Shown: in pieces, positions 9,717 through 19,468 of the stretch
Layout: each line of letters starts with the position of its first letter
Position numbering within the stretch: the first letter of the stretch is position 1
NCBI GenBank assembly: GCA_963801815.1
Contig: CAWDGJ010000002.1
Coordinates: forward strand, 832,001 to 896,000
Direction: 5' to 3'
Length of the DNA: 64,000 nt
Source of the DNA: an uncultured Verrucomicrobiae bacterium
GTDB lineage: Bacteria; Verrucomicrobiota; Verrucomicrobiia; Chthoniobacterales; UBA10450
Position numbers and translations under genes: made by a program
Notes under the pieces: generated by a model
What the model saw: the letters and a program-made list of their open reading frames with translations, nothing else
What the model was told of the DNA's origin: nothing
Database searches by the model: none

Positions 9717-10727
9717 CTAAAATTGTACACCGACCGTGATTTGAGGCCCGTACATAGAAACGTTATAAAGGAAGCCATCGCTATCGTAATCGTAATAGAG
9801 ATAGCGGCAACCAAGCTCGGCATAGATGTTCCGGGTAAGGTCACAGCCGAGCGCGCCGTAGGCTTGGACGGTGACCTTGGAGCCGACGTCAAAGCCGCCG
9901 ACGTCCACCTTGCCAGTCACATAATAAGGTTTTTTCAGATTGTAGCGCCCGCTGAGTCCGACGTAGGGATCAGTCCAATATTCAGTGAGACCGAAACCGC
10001 GATTGAGATTCTTCCTAAGGACGCTGGCGATCTTCTGCTGCGCCGTCATAGGGTCCTGTCGAGCCGCAAGGATGAGTTTGAGTAATTTTATCTTCACTTC
10101 CTCCCCTAGAGGTGGAATCGGCAGAGGAGGATTGTTCCCATCGAGCCGGTGTTGCAACAGGCGCTCGAGCAATCCCTTGAGATCCGAATCAATGGCATTC
10201 GCTAAAGCAGCGGCGGCCTGATCGATCTTGGCGTCAGCGGCCGTCAGTTCGAGTCTGTCAAACATATTCGTGTAACGCGCGCCAGCCCGGAGGTTGAGCC
10301 ACCCGCGCGGACCTTCCAGGACCCGGTAATAAACCTCTCCATCCGCGATGTATTGATCCAGGGTAATATTTGCCTTCTTGACTAACCCATTACCGTAGAC
10401 TCCATCCGAGAGGCTCATATAGAGAAAATCTCCGTAAACCCCGAAGCGGCCGTATCTCGCTTCTGCGCTAAGAATCGTAATCCCAGCAACGTGGGTGAGG
10501 ATTTGATCGAAAGGGACGGCTACATTCGATGTAACCCCTTTCAGTCCAATATCGCCCGACATCCAGGCGAGCCAGCCTGGGAATCCGATATTGAAGTACC
10601 AATGATCGTTGTCGGTGATCGTTGGTGCAGGCGCGACCTCTTTTGACTCGAGTTCTACCGGCCCGGCCTCCAGCACGCGTGCAGCTGCAAACAACGCACA
10701 CGCGAAGAAGGGCAATTTGATTTTCAT
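9717..10727 (-). CDS. Outer-membrane beta-barrel protein with helical insert
   Basis: Signal peptide, beta-strand pattern, WTDPYVG, terminal Phe (VGVQF). Confidence 0.75.
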   Translation of the reverse strand: MKIKLPFFACALFAAARVLEAGPVELESKEVAPAPTITDNDHWYFNIGFPGWLAWMSGDIGLKGVTSNVAVPFDQILTHVAGITILSAEARYGRFGVYGDFLYMSLSDGVYGNGLVKKANITLDQYIADGEVYYRVLEGPRGWLNLRAGARYTNMFDRLELTAADAKIDQAAAALANAIDSDLKGLLERLLQHRLDGNNPPLPIPPLGEEVKIKLLKLILAARQDPMTAQQKIASVLRKNLNRGFGLTEYWTDPYVGLSGRYNLKKPYYVTGKVDVGGFDVGSKVTVQAYGALGCDLTRNIYAELGCRYLYYDYDSDGFLYNVSMYGPQITVGVQF

Positions 10728-10767
10728 GGCTCGATATTCGCCCGCCGCAGCTGAGATCTTAGATGAT

Positions 10768-10787
10768 TGTTCGACATTAGTCGATTC
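10768..10787. promoter_or_regulatory. Degenerate regulator box TGTTCGACATTAGTCGATTC
   Basis: GAC-N4-GTC core, 41 bp upstream of ATG 10727; overlaps the restored stop codon of the upstream gene. Confidence 0.5.
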
Positions 10788-11324
10788 GCATTATTTTGGT
10801 CCCTTGGAGGCCAAGTCCGGCCATCAAGCCTTGCTGATCGAAAATGAAAGCATAGATGCCGCTGTGCAGGGTGTTCGTCACTGAAAAGTACGAGCCATGC
10901 CCTCATCCACGATCACCACGCTCGGACCAGTGCCAATCTCCCAGCCGCGGGTGTTGTTGATCCAATCTACGGCCTTCTGACTCATAAAGAAAAGTGCGTA
11001 GCCATATTTTTGTACGCCGGCCTGCAAGCCATAGGAAGCGGCGACGGTCCGATAGCGGCCGCTTGGTTGGCCGCGAACAAAGAGAACTCCTTTGCCTCCT
11101 TGAGCGCCGACAACGAAGCCGGCTTTAACGACATTGGGAAAAACTAGAACCGCCAACGCTTTGGATTTGGCTTTGGCCGCACCTGGATTCTGATCCACCA
11201 GCTGTTGCAATGCGCGGCGGGAGTCGCTCGTTAGATCATCCGCGGACGCGGTGCTAAGGAACGCGATCGTGGCGAGCATCAAGCCAGCCGCGTGCTTCCA
11301 TTTCGATGTGCTGTTCATTTTCAT
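10777..11324 (-). CDS. Secreted SYLF/Ysc84-like lipid-binding protein, frameshift near 10880
   Basis: LVFPNVVKAGFVVGAQGGKG, ASYGLQAG; the conserved end IYAFIFDQQGLMAGLGLQGTKI continues in another frame to TAA at 10777. Confidence 0.8.
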
Positions 11325-11411
11325 ACATGTGTTTGTTTCTTTAGGTTGGTCGAGGTTCGCTAGTTGCATTCCGGAGGAACGTGTAATTTCGATGGTGTGT
11401 GAAGATCTCAT

Positions 11412-12398
11412 TTAATCCTTACCGTCTTTGCCATATGTCCCCGCGACTGGTCCCGGTTGCGGTTTGGCCGTCGGGTAAAGAAGCGTGAAGTTTAGGCGCA
11501 GACCCCAATCGGGACCGTAACGGGGCGTGTCGGCGTAATACTTTCCGCCCAGCTGAATGCTGACAGGTTGTTTCCCGATCTTCAGGACCTGGCTAATTTG
11601 GAAAATGAGCGGGATCGTCCACTTGGCGTCGCCCGGCGTGTTGTCCCAGTTGGCCGTGTCTTCCGAGCTAAGCGTGAAAGTGGTGTGCGTCTTGGTTGTG
11701 TACGCGAGAAAAGGCTGGAGATACATTTGGCTGATGCTTTGTCGATGCTCCTCAATTGCGACCGACCAGAGCTGGTTCATCAGCACGCCTGCGGTTAGCC
11801 CGCCCACTTGCTTCAGCACCACGACCGTGGGTCCGATGGAGAATGTGCCAGTGCCGAGAAATGGGTGGGTTCCCGTGGGATAAAGAAAGGCGGGGCCGAT
11901 GCCCCAGATCAGGCCAAACGGTCCCGGTTTCTTGGGGGAAAAGAAGAAGCTCTGCAGCGTGTCGCTCAAGCCGTCCTGCGAACGATTTTGCGCGGGCAAG
12001 TTCAAATTCTTCGGCACATTCTCGACGTAGAAAAGGTCGTGTTGCGAAACGACCGGGATGATTGTCCGCAGAATCAGATTCCAATCTTTGTTTAAGGAAA
12101 TGGGAATGACTGGCTGAATGTTCAGCGTGAATTTGTAGCCGTTATGCGACGGCCCGTAGCCGAAGTCCTCGTTCGCTTGAAACGGTACGCTGATTAACGA
12201 AGAGATCGGATTCGCCAGTTGCTTCGCCAGGTTCGTAGCTTCGTCGTCACCGGATTTTTCCGATGCGGCCTCGGTTGCTGTGACTTCACCCAATGCCATT
12301 CCATTCGCGTCGACATTCGCGAGCTCGGTGGCGCGCAATTGATAAGTCGACAAAAGAAAGGCAGTGAAGATTGCGCTTGCGGTGCAGAAGGTTTTCAC
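11412..12398 (-). CDS. Outer-membrane beta-barrel/transporter-like protein (LANPIS family)
   Basis: LAKQLANPISSLISVPFQ, LNIQPVIP, QPFLAY, WGLRLNFTLLYP; start uncertain (GTG 12398 gives a signal peptide). Confidence 0.75.
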   Translation of the reverse strand: MKTFCTASAIFTAFLLSTYQLRATELANVDANGMALGEVTATEAASEKSGDDEATNLAKQLANPISSLISVPFQANEDFGYGPSHNGYKFTLNIQPVIPISLNKDWNLILRTIIPVVSQHDLFYVENVPKNLNLPAQNRSQDGLSDTLQSFFFSPKKPGPFGLIWGIGPAFLYPTGTHPFLGTGTFSIGPTVVVLKQVGGLTAGVLMNQLWSVAIEEHRQSISQMYLQPFLAYTTKTHTTFTLSSEDTANWDNTPGDAKWTIPLIFQISQVLKIGKQPVSIQLGGKYYADTPRYGPDWGLRLNFTLLYPTAKPQPGPVAGTYGKDGKD

Positions 12399-12485
12399 AC
12401 GTTCGTTCCGTTTGGCGAGTTGGGTCGGGCCAGGCGCTGGAGTTTCAGCACGCCCCGAGAGTGACAAAATCCTGTGAGAGGCGCA

Positions 12486-12505
12486 TATGGGACTTTGGTC
12501 CTACG
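12486..12505. promoter_or_regulatory. Palindromic regulator box TATGGGACTTTGGTCCTACG
   Basis: Consensus match upstream of the 11412 gene. Confidence 0.85.
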
Positions 12506-12629
12506 CGTTCAGAAACCGCAAAGCCGGCAACGGAGTCGACGAGATTACCGGCTAATCCAAAAAAATCGCACAGCCTGGTTCGCTGCCCACGCGAATTAGC
12601 GAACCGAAGTAATTGTAATTTTGCTGCGC

Positions 12630-12989
12630 TTAATTCTCAACTAATACCATCCTCTGGCCCTGCCAGATCGCGGTAAACGAATAGTTTTGTCCAGGCTGAA
12701 CGTTGATCTCTTTTTGCCAGACCGGTGAGAAAACCAGATTCGGAACAACTGTCGCCGAAATCATATGGTGACCGGGTGCTAAATAGCCATCATAACTCCG
12801 GCCCTCAACGAGACCGGCGACTTTCTTTCCATCGACTGAGAGCGAAAGGGAAATGGTGTCTCCGAAGTTCGCGACTCGCTTAACCATTAAGCGACCTCCC
12901 GAGGCCGCCGCGAAGGAAGACGTCACGCCAAGTAGAACCAATGAAAAGACGGTGACAACCAAAGCCGTGGTGATCGATTTAGATTTCAT
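12630..12989 (-). CDS. Small secreted beta-rich hypothetical protein
   Basis: Signal peptide MKSKSITTALVV...SSFA; box directly upstream. Confidence 0.7.
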   Translation of the reverse strand: MKSKSITTALVVTVFSLVLLGVTSSFAAASGGRLMVKRVANFGDTISLSLSVDGKKVAGLVEGRSYDGYLAPGHHMISATVVPNLVFSPVWQKEINVQPGQNYSFTAIWQGQRMVLVEN

Positions 12990-13036
12990 ATTCAAGCTCC
13001 TCTTCATTGACACTACCTTCATCAGGCTGGCATTCG

Positions 13037-13056
13037 TATCCGACCTTAGGCCAATT
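13037..13056. promoter_or_regulatory. Regulator box TATCCGACCTTAGGCCAATT
   Basis: Consensus variant, 48 bp upstream of ATG 12989. Confidence 0.65.
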
Positions 13057-13163
13057 CGAGGATGGCAGCGGCCAACGCACGAGTAGTCGCCGCCATTTAC
13101 AGCGGTTCGTTGGTGGATTCGTTGTCCTTCTGATGTTGCCGTGGATCCTGATCTAGATCGAAA

Positions 13164-13601
13164 TTACTCGTCCCCGGTAGTATTCATCGGTCCGAGTCCG
13201 TCGAATTGTTCAATTCGGACATGATTGGGTCCGGCAGTTTCAGTAACCATATCGGGGCGATCCTGCATCTCTTGTTGAACCCGACGGGTGTTCTCTGCCC
13301 TGCTAAGTGTCTGTTTGTAGGCATCGAATTGCTGCTGTTTGCCGACATAGATCTGATCTTTCTGGGTAGTCCGATACACGTAGAACAACTTATGTTCATA
13401 CGTGACGGCCCACACTTGCCCTTCCGGCAGGCTCTCGACTTGCTCTCGCTGCCGCTGGGTTGTGACCGTCTTGAGACGGAATCCCGATTGCGAGAGTAAC
13501 ATTTCTTTAGTGGCGCTCCCTCCGGCCAATAGGGTTGTCGCTGTTCCTAACGCCAGAATAGCTGCGGCACTAATAACAACTAACGTAGTTAATCGCTTCA
13601 T
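13164..13601 (-). CDS. Small secreted hypothetical protein
   Basis: Signal peptide; KEMLLSQSGF...IYVGKQQQFDAY. Confidence 0.75.
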   Translation of the reverse strand: MKRLTTLVVISAAAILALGTATTLLAGGSATKEMLLSQSGFRLKTVTTQRQREQVESLPEGQVWAVTYEHKLFYVYRTTQKDQIYVGKQQQFDAYKQTLSRAENTRRVQQEMQDRPDMVTETAGPNHVRIEQFDGLGPMNTTGDE

Positions 13602-13604
13602 GAT

Positions 13605-13917
13605 TTATCCTTTGTTCGTTTCTATTTGTTTATGCTTGCCGACGTACAATTTCCGATTGCAGAGAACTTTGCACGGCGAACGTCGTTCTTGCTATGAGAC
13701 GTTGGTCTGATCCCAGGCGTCATGCGGGTACGGCGTGTGGGCGTCGAAAGGCCGTCACAGAATTCTTGCCGTTTAGGGTCTTGCGGCTTTTCCGTATTGA
13801 ATTCCTTCGCTGTAAGCGAGGTCTCGATACTCGGAGAATTAATGGCAGTATTAGCGCTGATGCACCGGCAAGGACCGTGGCGCCAGCAATGAGCGCGATG
13901 AGTTTGATATTCTTCAT
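13605..13917 (-). pseudogene. Possible degraded paralog of the 13164..13601 gene
   Basis: Signal peptide MKNIKLIALIAGATVLAG, then in other frames (C)ISANT...ETSLTAKEF and RKLYVGKHKQI, similar to QIYVGKQQQF. Confidence 0.4.
13693..13712. promoter_or_regulatory. Regulator box TATGAGACGTTGGTCTGATC
   Basis: Consensus match 92 bp upstream of ATG 13601. Confidence 0.7.
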
Positions 13918-13989
13918 ATATATATGTGCGTGGTTGTGACTTTTCTGGTTTCCTTCGCGCTAACTATTCCCAACTCGGGAGCAGTCGCA

Positions 13990-14009
13990 TGTTGGACCAA
14001 AGTCCAATC
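13990..14009. promoter_or_regulatory. Regulator box TGTTGGACCAAAGTCCAATC
   Basis: TTGGAC-N4-GTCCAA inverted repeat, 73 bp upstream of 13917. Confidence 0.8.
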
Positions 14010-14058
14010 CCGTGCTTCGGCGTTCCTTTTAGTCCGGGATGAGTGCTGTCGGGATTGG

Positions 14059-14778
14059 TTAAAAGTGGAAGCGGATGCCAGCGCCTACCAATTGCTGACC
14101 AACCTGCTTATTGCCGTTGCCGACATCCAAAGCGACATAGTCGAGGAATTTGTACTCCACGAATGTGCTCCACTTGCATGTCCAGTAATAATCGGCACCA
14201 GCGACCACATCAAAGGCCAATGAGCCACTGTCGGCACCGCCGCCGGTGGAAAAAGTATTACCGGTGCGGTTGATCGTAATATCACTGCCCGCGGCCGCGG
14301 CATAGTACGCTCCCACGCCTCCTCCGGCGTAGGGCTGAAACTTCCCGAATGCGAACCGCGCGATAAAATTCGTCAGGAAAGCCCCGGAATTGATCAGATT
14401 GCTGCTATGCGCCACCTCGGTGCCATTTAGTTTGACGTGAATGTCGGTGCCGATGCCGTTATAAAAAAGATCCTCCTCGATCGTCGGACGAAATGTTCCG
14501 GTACCGAAAACGTATCCGACTTTTACTCCTCCGAAGCCGCCGATATTTTGGTCTCGCGAGATGCGAATGTCGTCGCCATTGCTAAAAACAAAGTCACGAC
14601 TTGTGGCAACATCCTGATAGACATTGGCGCCGCCTTCGAGGGCGACGTACCACCCGGTGCCAAAAGGACACTCCACCGTAGGTGCAGTGGCCACGTGCTT
14701 GAAGTCGGGCGAACCGGCAAAAACCGAGCCGCCGAAAAGAACGCAAATGGCAATTGAGAAGAGGATGTTTCGTTTCAT
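14059..14778 (-). CDS. Small outer-membrane beta-barrel protein (OmpA/OmpW-like barrel)
   Basis: Signal peptide MKRNILFSIAIC..., GWYVALEGG, QPYAGGGVG, terminal GIRFHF. Confidence 0.85.
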   Translation of the reverse strand: MKRNILFSIAICVLFGGSVFAGSPDFKHVATAPTVECPFGTGWYVALEGGANVYQDVATSRDFVFSNGDDIRISRDQNIGGFGGVKVGYVFGTGTFRPTIEEDLFYNGIGTDIHVKLNGTEVAHSSNLINSGAFLTNFIARFAFGKFQPYAGGGVGAYYAAAAGSDITINRTGNTFSTGGGADSGSLAFDVVAGADYYWTCKWSTFVEYKFLDYVALDVGNGNKQVGQQLVGAGIRFHF

Positions 14779-14813
14779 AATTTCCCATCCTCGGTGTCCG
14801 CCAATGCTGTTGC

Positions 14814-14833
14814 CATGGGACCTTAGTCGTATG
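14814..14833. promoter_or_regulatory. Regulator box CATGGGACCTTAGTCGTATG
   Basis: Consensus match 36 bp upstream of ATG 14778. Confidence 0.8.
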
Positions 14834-14911
14834 CTCCGAATCGTTGAGTCGCCTCGGATGGTTAAGCCAGACGTTAAGTCGAATCCCCGCTTAGATATCG
14901 CGAGAGGCTCC

Positions 14912-15286
14912 CTACGACGACATCGCTTTCTGAACGAGCTGCACCAGAACCTCGTCTTCGAAAGGTTTGGTGAGAAAGCCGAAAGCTCCTGAATTAAGCG
15001 CGGCTTCATGCACCGCGGGATCGTCGCGCCCGGTGAGAAAAATAATGCGCGTTTCCGGCGAGTCTCGCCGGAGGCGAGCCTGTACTTTCAAACCGTTCAT
15101 CTGGGGCATCCATACGTCGAGGATTGCGACGCGACACTTGGCATGTTTGAGGTTAGCTAGGAAGGCGTCCGGATTGCTAAACACCTCTGCAATCAAACCA
15201 GCCGACCTCAGTAAACGGCCAAGCGCCTTGAGCATCGAAAGATCGTCGTCAAGGAGCCAAATGGAATCCCGGTCAGAACCGCTCAA
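14912..15286 (-). CDS. Stand-alone receiver (REC) domain protein
   Basis: LLDDD, ILDVWMP, FLTG, LTKPF. Confidence 0.9.
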   Translation of the reverse strand: MSGSDRDSIWLLDDDLSMLKALGRLLRSAGLIAEVFSNPDAFLANLKHAKCRVAILDVWMPQMNGLKVQARLRRDSPETRIIFLTGRDDPAVHEAALNSGAFGFLTKPFEDEVLVQLVQKAMSS

Positions 15287-15408
15287 AGGTCTGCCCTTCG
15301 CACCCGCGTCGTCTGGAATTTTAAAGAAAAGGGGTACATTTGCGGTACCAATTTATCAATAGGACCGGAGAACATTTGCTACACTAAAGGTTCCATTGAC
15401 GCGTTACC

Positions 15409-15428
15409 TATGAGACCATGGTCTCATC
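15409..15428. promoter_or_regulatory. Regulator box with perfect 18-bp palindrome ATGAGACCATGGTCTCAT
   Basis: Perfect palindrome 15410-15427, between the kinase and the REC gene. Confidence 0.85.
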
Positions 15429-15506
15429 CCGCTGAGCACGTAGCACTGCCGTGCTTTTTCGCCAACGGGCATTTGGCTGTATTCAGGTTCTGACTCGCTC
15501 TCCCTG

Positions 15507-17945
15507 CTATTGTTCTCTGACTGTGGAGTTGTCTTGTTTCTTCTGCGGTAGACGAACTGTAAAACATGCGCCACCGCCCTCACAATTTTCTGCTGAGAGG
15601 GTCCCGCTGTGTGCCTCGATAAGGCTGCAAGCAATCGCCAGTCCCATTCCGGTTCCCTCGGCTTTTGTCGAAAAGAATGGCTCGAACAGCTGTTGAGCCA
15701 TTCCGCTGGGAAAGCCGGGACCAGAATCACGGAAGCTGACGAGAATGTCTCCATTTTCACTATGGGCCGCATGAATAACAAGGCGCCGCGCGTTGGAGGG
15801 CACAGCGGTCATTGCTTCAAATGCGTTGAGCGTGAGATTGAGAAAGACTTGCAAGAGCTGCACCGGATCTCCCCAAACCTGGCCCACGCCGGGATTAACT
15901 TCGGTTACCACTTTCACATCTCGTTCAATGGCATCAGCGTGCACGATACGAAGAAGCTGTTGGATGATGTCCTCGATCTGGATTAACTCGCGGCGGGCTT
16001 CGCCTTTGCGAACCAGGTTGCGAATGCCCTGAATAACTTCACCGGCCCGGCGACCGTCAGTCACGATATCGGCCAGCAACTCAGTCAAGTCATCGACTTT
16101 GATTTTGCCGGCGGCGAGTAGGCGTTGCCCGGCGCTGGCATTCGCTACCATCGCGCCAACCGGATTGTTGACTTCGTGCGCGAGTGAAGCCGCCAGTTCG
16201 CCCATTACGGCGACGCGTCCCACCCGCGCCAATTCCAGGTTTTGGCGCTGATGCTGCAACTCCGCCTGCTTGCGTTCGGTGATGTCAATGCAAGAGCCGA
16301 TGTAACCAAGGAACTCGCCGTCGGGGGCAAACCGCGGTGTTCCAGTATCCAGAACGAGGCGATATTCGCCGTCACTTCGCCGCAAGCGATACTCCATTGT
16401 GAAAGGCTGCCGGGCATCGAAGGAACGTGCATAAATCTGCATGCAGCGGTCGATGTCTTCCCGATGCACGCCCTCCGCCCACTTATTGCCAAGCTCCTCT
16501 TCCAGTGTTCGCCCGGTAAAATCGAGCCAGCCTTTATTGAAGAAGGTGCAAAGCCTGTCTGGACCCGACACCCAGATCATGACTGGCGCCGTGTTGGCCA
16601 TGGCGCGAAAACGAGCCTCGCTTTCCAGGAGTTCTTCCTCCGCATGTTTGCGGAGTGTGATGTCGCGCGACACCCCGCGCGCAAAGGCCGGTTTGCCACG
16701 TTCGTCTAACTCGACGGTTCCATAACCCGAGATCCAGCGCGTGCTTCCGTCCGGCAGCTTAATGCGATATTCGCTTTCATTCTCGCCACCGTGCTTGAAC
16801 ATGCTCTGCACAAGTTGCTTCATACGTTCGCGATCCTCCGGGTGCACGACTTGGAGCAATCGGTCAAAGGCCACTGGCTCCGAATCCGTGAAGCCGAACA
16901 ACTCTCTCCATTTCTCCGTTACCCAAAGTTCCTTATCCTGAACGTTGCAATGCCACAGACCAAGATGCGCCGCGTTAGCCGCGAGGTTAATCCTCGCCTC
17001 GCTTTCCCGGAGAACATTTGTGCTCTTACGCCGTTCCTCGATAAGCACGGTAAGAAACATTAATGGAAGCGAAATCGTGATAAGAAACAATTGGAGCGAG
17101 AGCACGTTATCCACCAACATCGTTGTGACAAAAGGTCCGTGACCTTCGACCGCACCAGAGATGGATAAGAACGCGACGAGCAGGAGAGACGTCAGGAGCC
17201 CAGTCGGACCGAATCGAACCGCGGCCCAAAGAAGCGCCGGCAGCGGCAAATAAAGTAGCGCCGGAGAGGTGTGTTGCCCTGACGTAGGCTTGATGAAAAC
17301 GAAAACGCTGATTGCCAGTAACCCGCATCCCACAAGGGCAGCTTCGATGCAGCGAGCAAGAGAAACTTTCCTGAGAGCCGCCCGACCGCTGGCGATCCAG
17401 GTCATGATGGCCGGGGCCAACGTCAGAAAGGAAATGACATCCCCTAGGAACCAAACGCGCCAATCGAACCAGTAATTCCCTCCTGCACGATTGAACGCTC
17501 CTACGAATGCCGAGATGAAAGGAGCAAGAACGACTGCAAAAAGGATATAGGCCACAAGGCCTCGCAGGTTGCTGAAAGCGCGAAGACCACCGGCTAAACG
17601 ACGCACGCTGACCGTCGCGATGAGAACTTCAATCGTGTTGCCGATGAGGAAGCACAAGATCGCCCGAGGTGTGTCACCTATCTGTAGGTCGACGATGATG
17701 TTAGAGAGCAACCAGACAAGAATATATATTGTCCAAGTCCGAACTGGCGCCCATACCAACACCGAGAAAAGGATTGCGCTTGCTGGCCACAGAGGCGCTA
17801 TGTGATAAGGCTTAATCCGAAACGCAAGAGCGAACCTGGCGCAAACATACGTGACGGCTCCGACGATCAGTGCGTTAAGCAGTAGCCGGATGACGTCAGC
17901 CCTAGCCGGGACGTTTTCGCTGCTCGCGTCGTTTGGCGAACTCAT
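15507..17945 (-). CDS. MASE1-PAS-PAS sensor histidine kinase (FixL/NodV-type)
   Basis: Multi-TM MASE1-like N-terminus (PLWPA, WFLGD), two PAS/PAC domains, H-box AHEVNNP, N-box NLTLNA, DSGPG, FFSTK, GTGMGL. Confidence 0.9.
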   Translation of the reverse strand: MSSPNDASSENVPARADVIRLLLNALIVGAVTYVCARFALAFRIKPYHIAPLWPASAILFSVLVWAPVRTWTIYILVWLLSNIIVDLQIGDTPRAILCFLIGNTIEVLIATVSVRRLAGGLRAFSNLRGLVAYILFAVVLAPFISAFVGAFNRAGGNYWFDWRVWFLGDVISFLTLAPAIMTWIASGRAALRKVSLARCIEAALVGCGLLAISVFVFIKPTSGQHTSPALLYLPLPALLWAAVRFGPTGLLTSLLLVAFLSISGAVEGHGPFVTTMLVDNVLSLQLFLITISLPLMFLTVLIEERRKSTNVLRESEARINLAANAAHLGLWHCNVQDKELWVTEKWRELFGFTDSEPVAFDRLLQVVHPEDRERMKQLVQSMFKHGGENESEYRIKLPDGSTRWISGYGTVELDERGKPAFARGVSRDITLRKHAEEELLESEARFRAMANTAPVMIWVSGPDRLCTFFNKGWLDFTGRTLEEELGNKWAEGVHREDIDRCMQIYARSFDARQPFTMEYRLRRSDGEYRLVLDTGTPRFAPDGEFLGYIGSCIDITERKQAELQHQRQNLELARVGRVAVMGELAASLAHEVNNPVGAMVANASAGQRLLAAGKIKVDDLTELLADIVTDGRRAGEVIQGIRNLVRKGEARRELIQIEDIIQQLLRIVHADAIERDVKVVTEVNPGVGQVWGDPVQLLQVFLNLTLNAFEAMTAVPSNARRLVIHAAHSENGDILVSFRDSGPGFPSGMAQQLFEPFFSTKAEGTGMGLAIACSLIEAHSGTLSAENCEGGGACFTVRLPQKKQDNSTVREQ

Positions 17946-18221
17946 CGTGACTTGTTCGCGACGAATCATGCTGCCTTTGATTTTTCCTCCCGGCTCATTG
18001 GCGGAGATGCCGCTGTTCGGATTTGGATAACACCGGCGATTTCTTTGAAGGTTGCGACGTCGCCTCGGCCGAGGCTAGTGAAACTAGAAACTTTCGCTGG
18101 CGCGATTAAATGCTGCATAACGCGCGTGGGCTCGTTGGAATGATAAGGAGAACGACACTGAATGTAAATTCATATCGAGGCCGAATCCTGTTCATTTCGT
18201 CGGCGGCCAAACCCGACAAAT

Positions 18222-18674
18222 TTAGCGCACTGCTACTTCCGTCGAGTGCGGCTCGCCTTGGGCTATCAGTGTTTCAACGGGAACACCGAGCCATTTCGCG
18301 GCGACTTGGCGGTCCTCGAACATTTCGACTTCCAAAGACGAGTAATCAGTCATGAGAGCGTGGATTTTAACGAGATGCGCCGCTTCCGGATGCGTGACGT
18401 AAAACGCGGACTTTATCGGCTCACGCCCGGCATAGGAAAGACGCCGGTAAAGAGCGATATGAAAAACATACTTGAAGGTCAGATGGAAAGACTCAACAGC
18501 CGAGAGATCACAAAAGCGATTGAACGGGAGAGCGGCCATGGTTTCTCTTCTGAGCAGCTTCACCAGGACTTTGTTTACAGCTGCTTCATCAAGAATGCCG
18601 CGCGGCCTCCAGACAAAGAGGTGTAAATCTTCGTGGAACAGAACATCTGGCGCGGTTTCCTGCTCTCGGATCAC
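18222..18674 (-). CDS. Hypothetical protein, SpoIIAA/STAS-SEC14-like (paralog of 39116..39583)
   Basis: Shared RPRGxL, RFxD, LYRRLxYAGRxPIKSA, FExRxxAAxWLG. Confidence 0.7.
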   Translation of the reverse strand: MIREQETAPDVLFHEDLHLFVWRPRGILDEAAVNKVLVKLLRRETMAALPFNRFCDLSAVESFHLTFKYVFHIALYRRLSYAGREPIKSAFYVTHPEAAHLVKIHALMTDYSSLEVEMFEDRQVAAKWLGVPVETLIAQGEPHSTEVAVR

Positions 18675-18710
18675 ATCGTACGTTCACTAGCCCCAGTCGC
18701 CCCCTAGGTC

Positions 18711-18730
18711 TATTGGACCTTAGTCTCATC
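18711..18730. promoter_or_regulatory. Regulator box TATTGGACCTTAGTCTCATC
   Basis: Consensus match 37 bp upstream of start 18674. Confidence 0.85.
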
Positions 18731-18823
18731 CTCGCGGCCGCCGGATCACTGTTACCATTGGCCCCGATTGCGGTGGCCGAATTGGAAGTATCTTCCGTCA
18801 TCCTGTTTCTTGCCTGAATCCCC

Positions 18824-19084
18824 ATGTCTGCTGAAGTTAACGACGAAATCGAATTGGAGCTGGCACATGTCCTCTTCATCGACATCGTCGGCTACTCGAA
18901 GCGTTTGATTAACGAGCAACGTGCGTTGCTGAATACACTCAATCAAATCGTCCGCAGCGCCGACAAGTTTCGCGAAGCGGAAGCGGGCGGTCGCTTGAAA
19001 AGAATTCCTACCAACGACGGCCTAGCCCCATCTCCGTTAACTCGTGCAACAATGTTTGGTTCCGCGTCTTTGTGTTGTCCTTAG
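18824..19084 (+). pseudogene. Truncated N-terminus of a class III adenylate/guanylate cyclase
   Basis: AHVLFIDIVGYSK and IPTNDGLA (normally GDG) motifs; similarity ends after about 68 codons. Confidence 0.75.
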
Positions 19085-19464
19085 GGCTTTTGGGGAGCGA
19101 ACAAGAGGCACGGGACACACCAGACTGCCATAGCCGCGTGGAGAAGCACGGCCGGCCAGAGCGCGATTCCTCGCAATCCCAAACCAACGCCGGCCAAAGT
19201 GAGGAGCGCGGCAACAGCAACGTTGTAGAGGAACATGGCCGCGACTAGTCCCCGCGCCGCGCGGCTGTGTGTATCATCGCGCGCAAGCCAACAGGCGACA
19301 CCTAGCGCGAGCAGCGCGACTCCGGCCACGCGCCCGAGCATCGTTGCGACGGATGTGTCAAGCGGCGAACCGAGCAATAGTCTGACGACAAAGGATGGCG
19401 CGGCCATCAGCCCCAATCCCGTAGGCATTTCAATGATGGCGCTAATCCTCAACAGTTTCTTCAT
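19081..19464 (-). CDS. Four-TM hypothetical membrane protein
   Basis: Four hydrophobic segments; starts 4 bp after the sulfatase stop. Confidence 0.75.
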   Translation of the reverse strand: MKKLLRISAIIEMPTGLGLMAAPSFVVRLLLGSPLDTSVATMLGRVAGVALLALGVACWLARDDTHSRAARGLVAAMFLYNVAVAALLTLAGVGLGLRGIALWPAVLLHAAMAVWCVPCLLFAPQKP

Positions 19465-19468
19465 CCAG

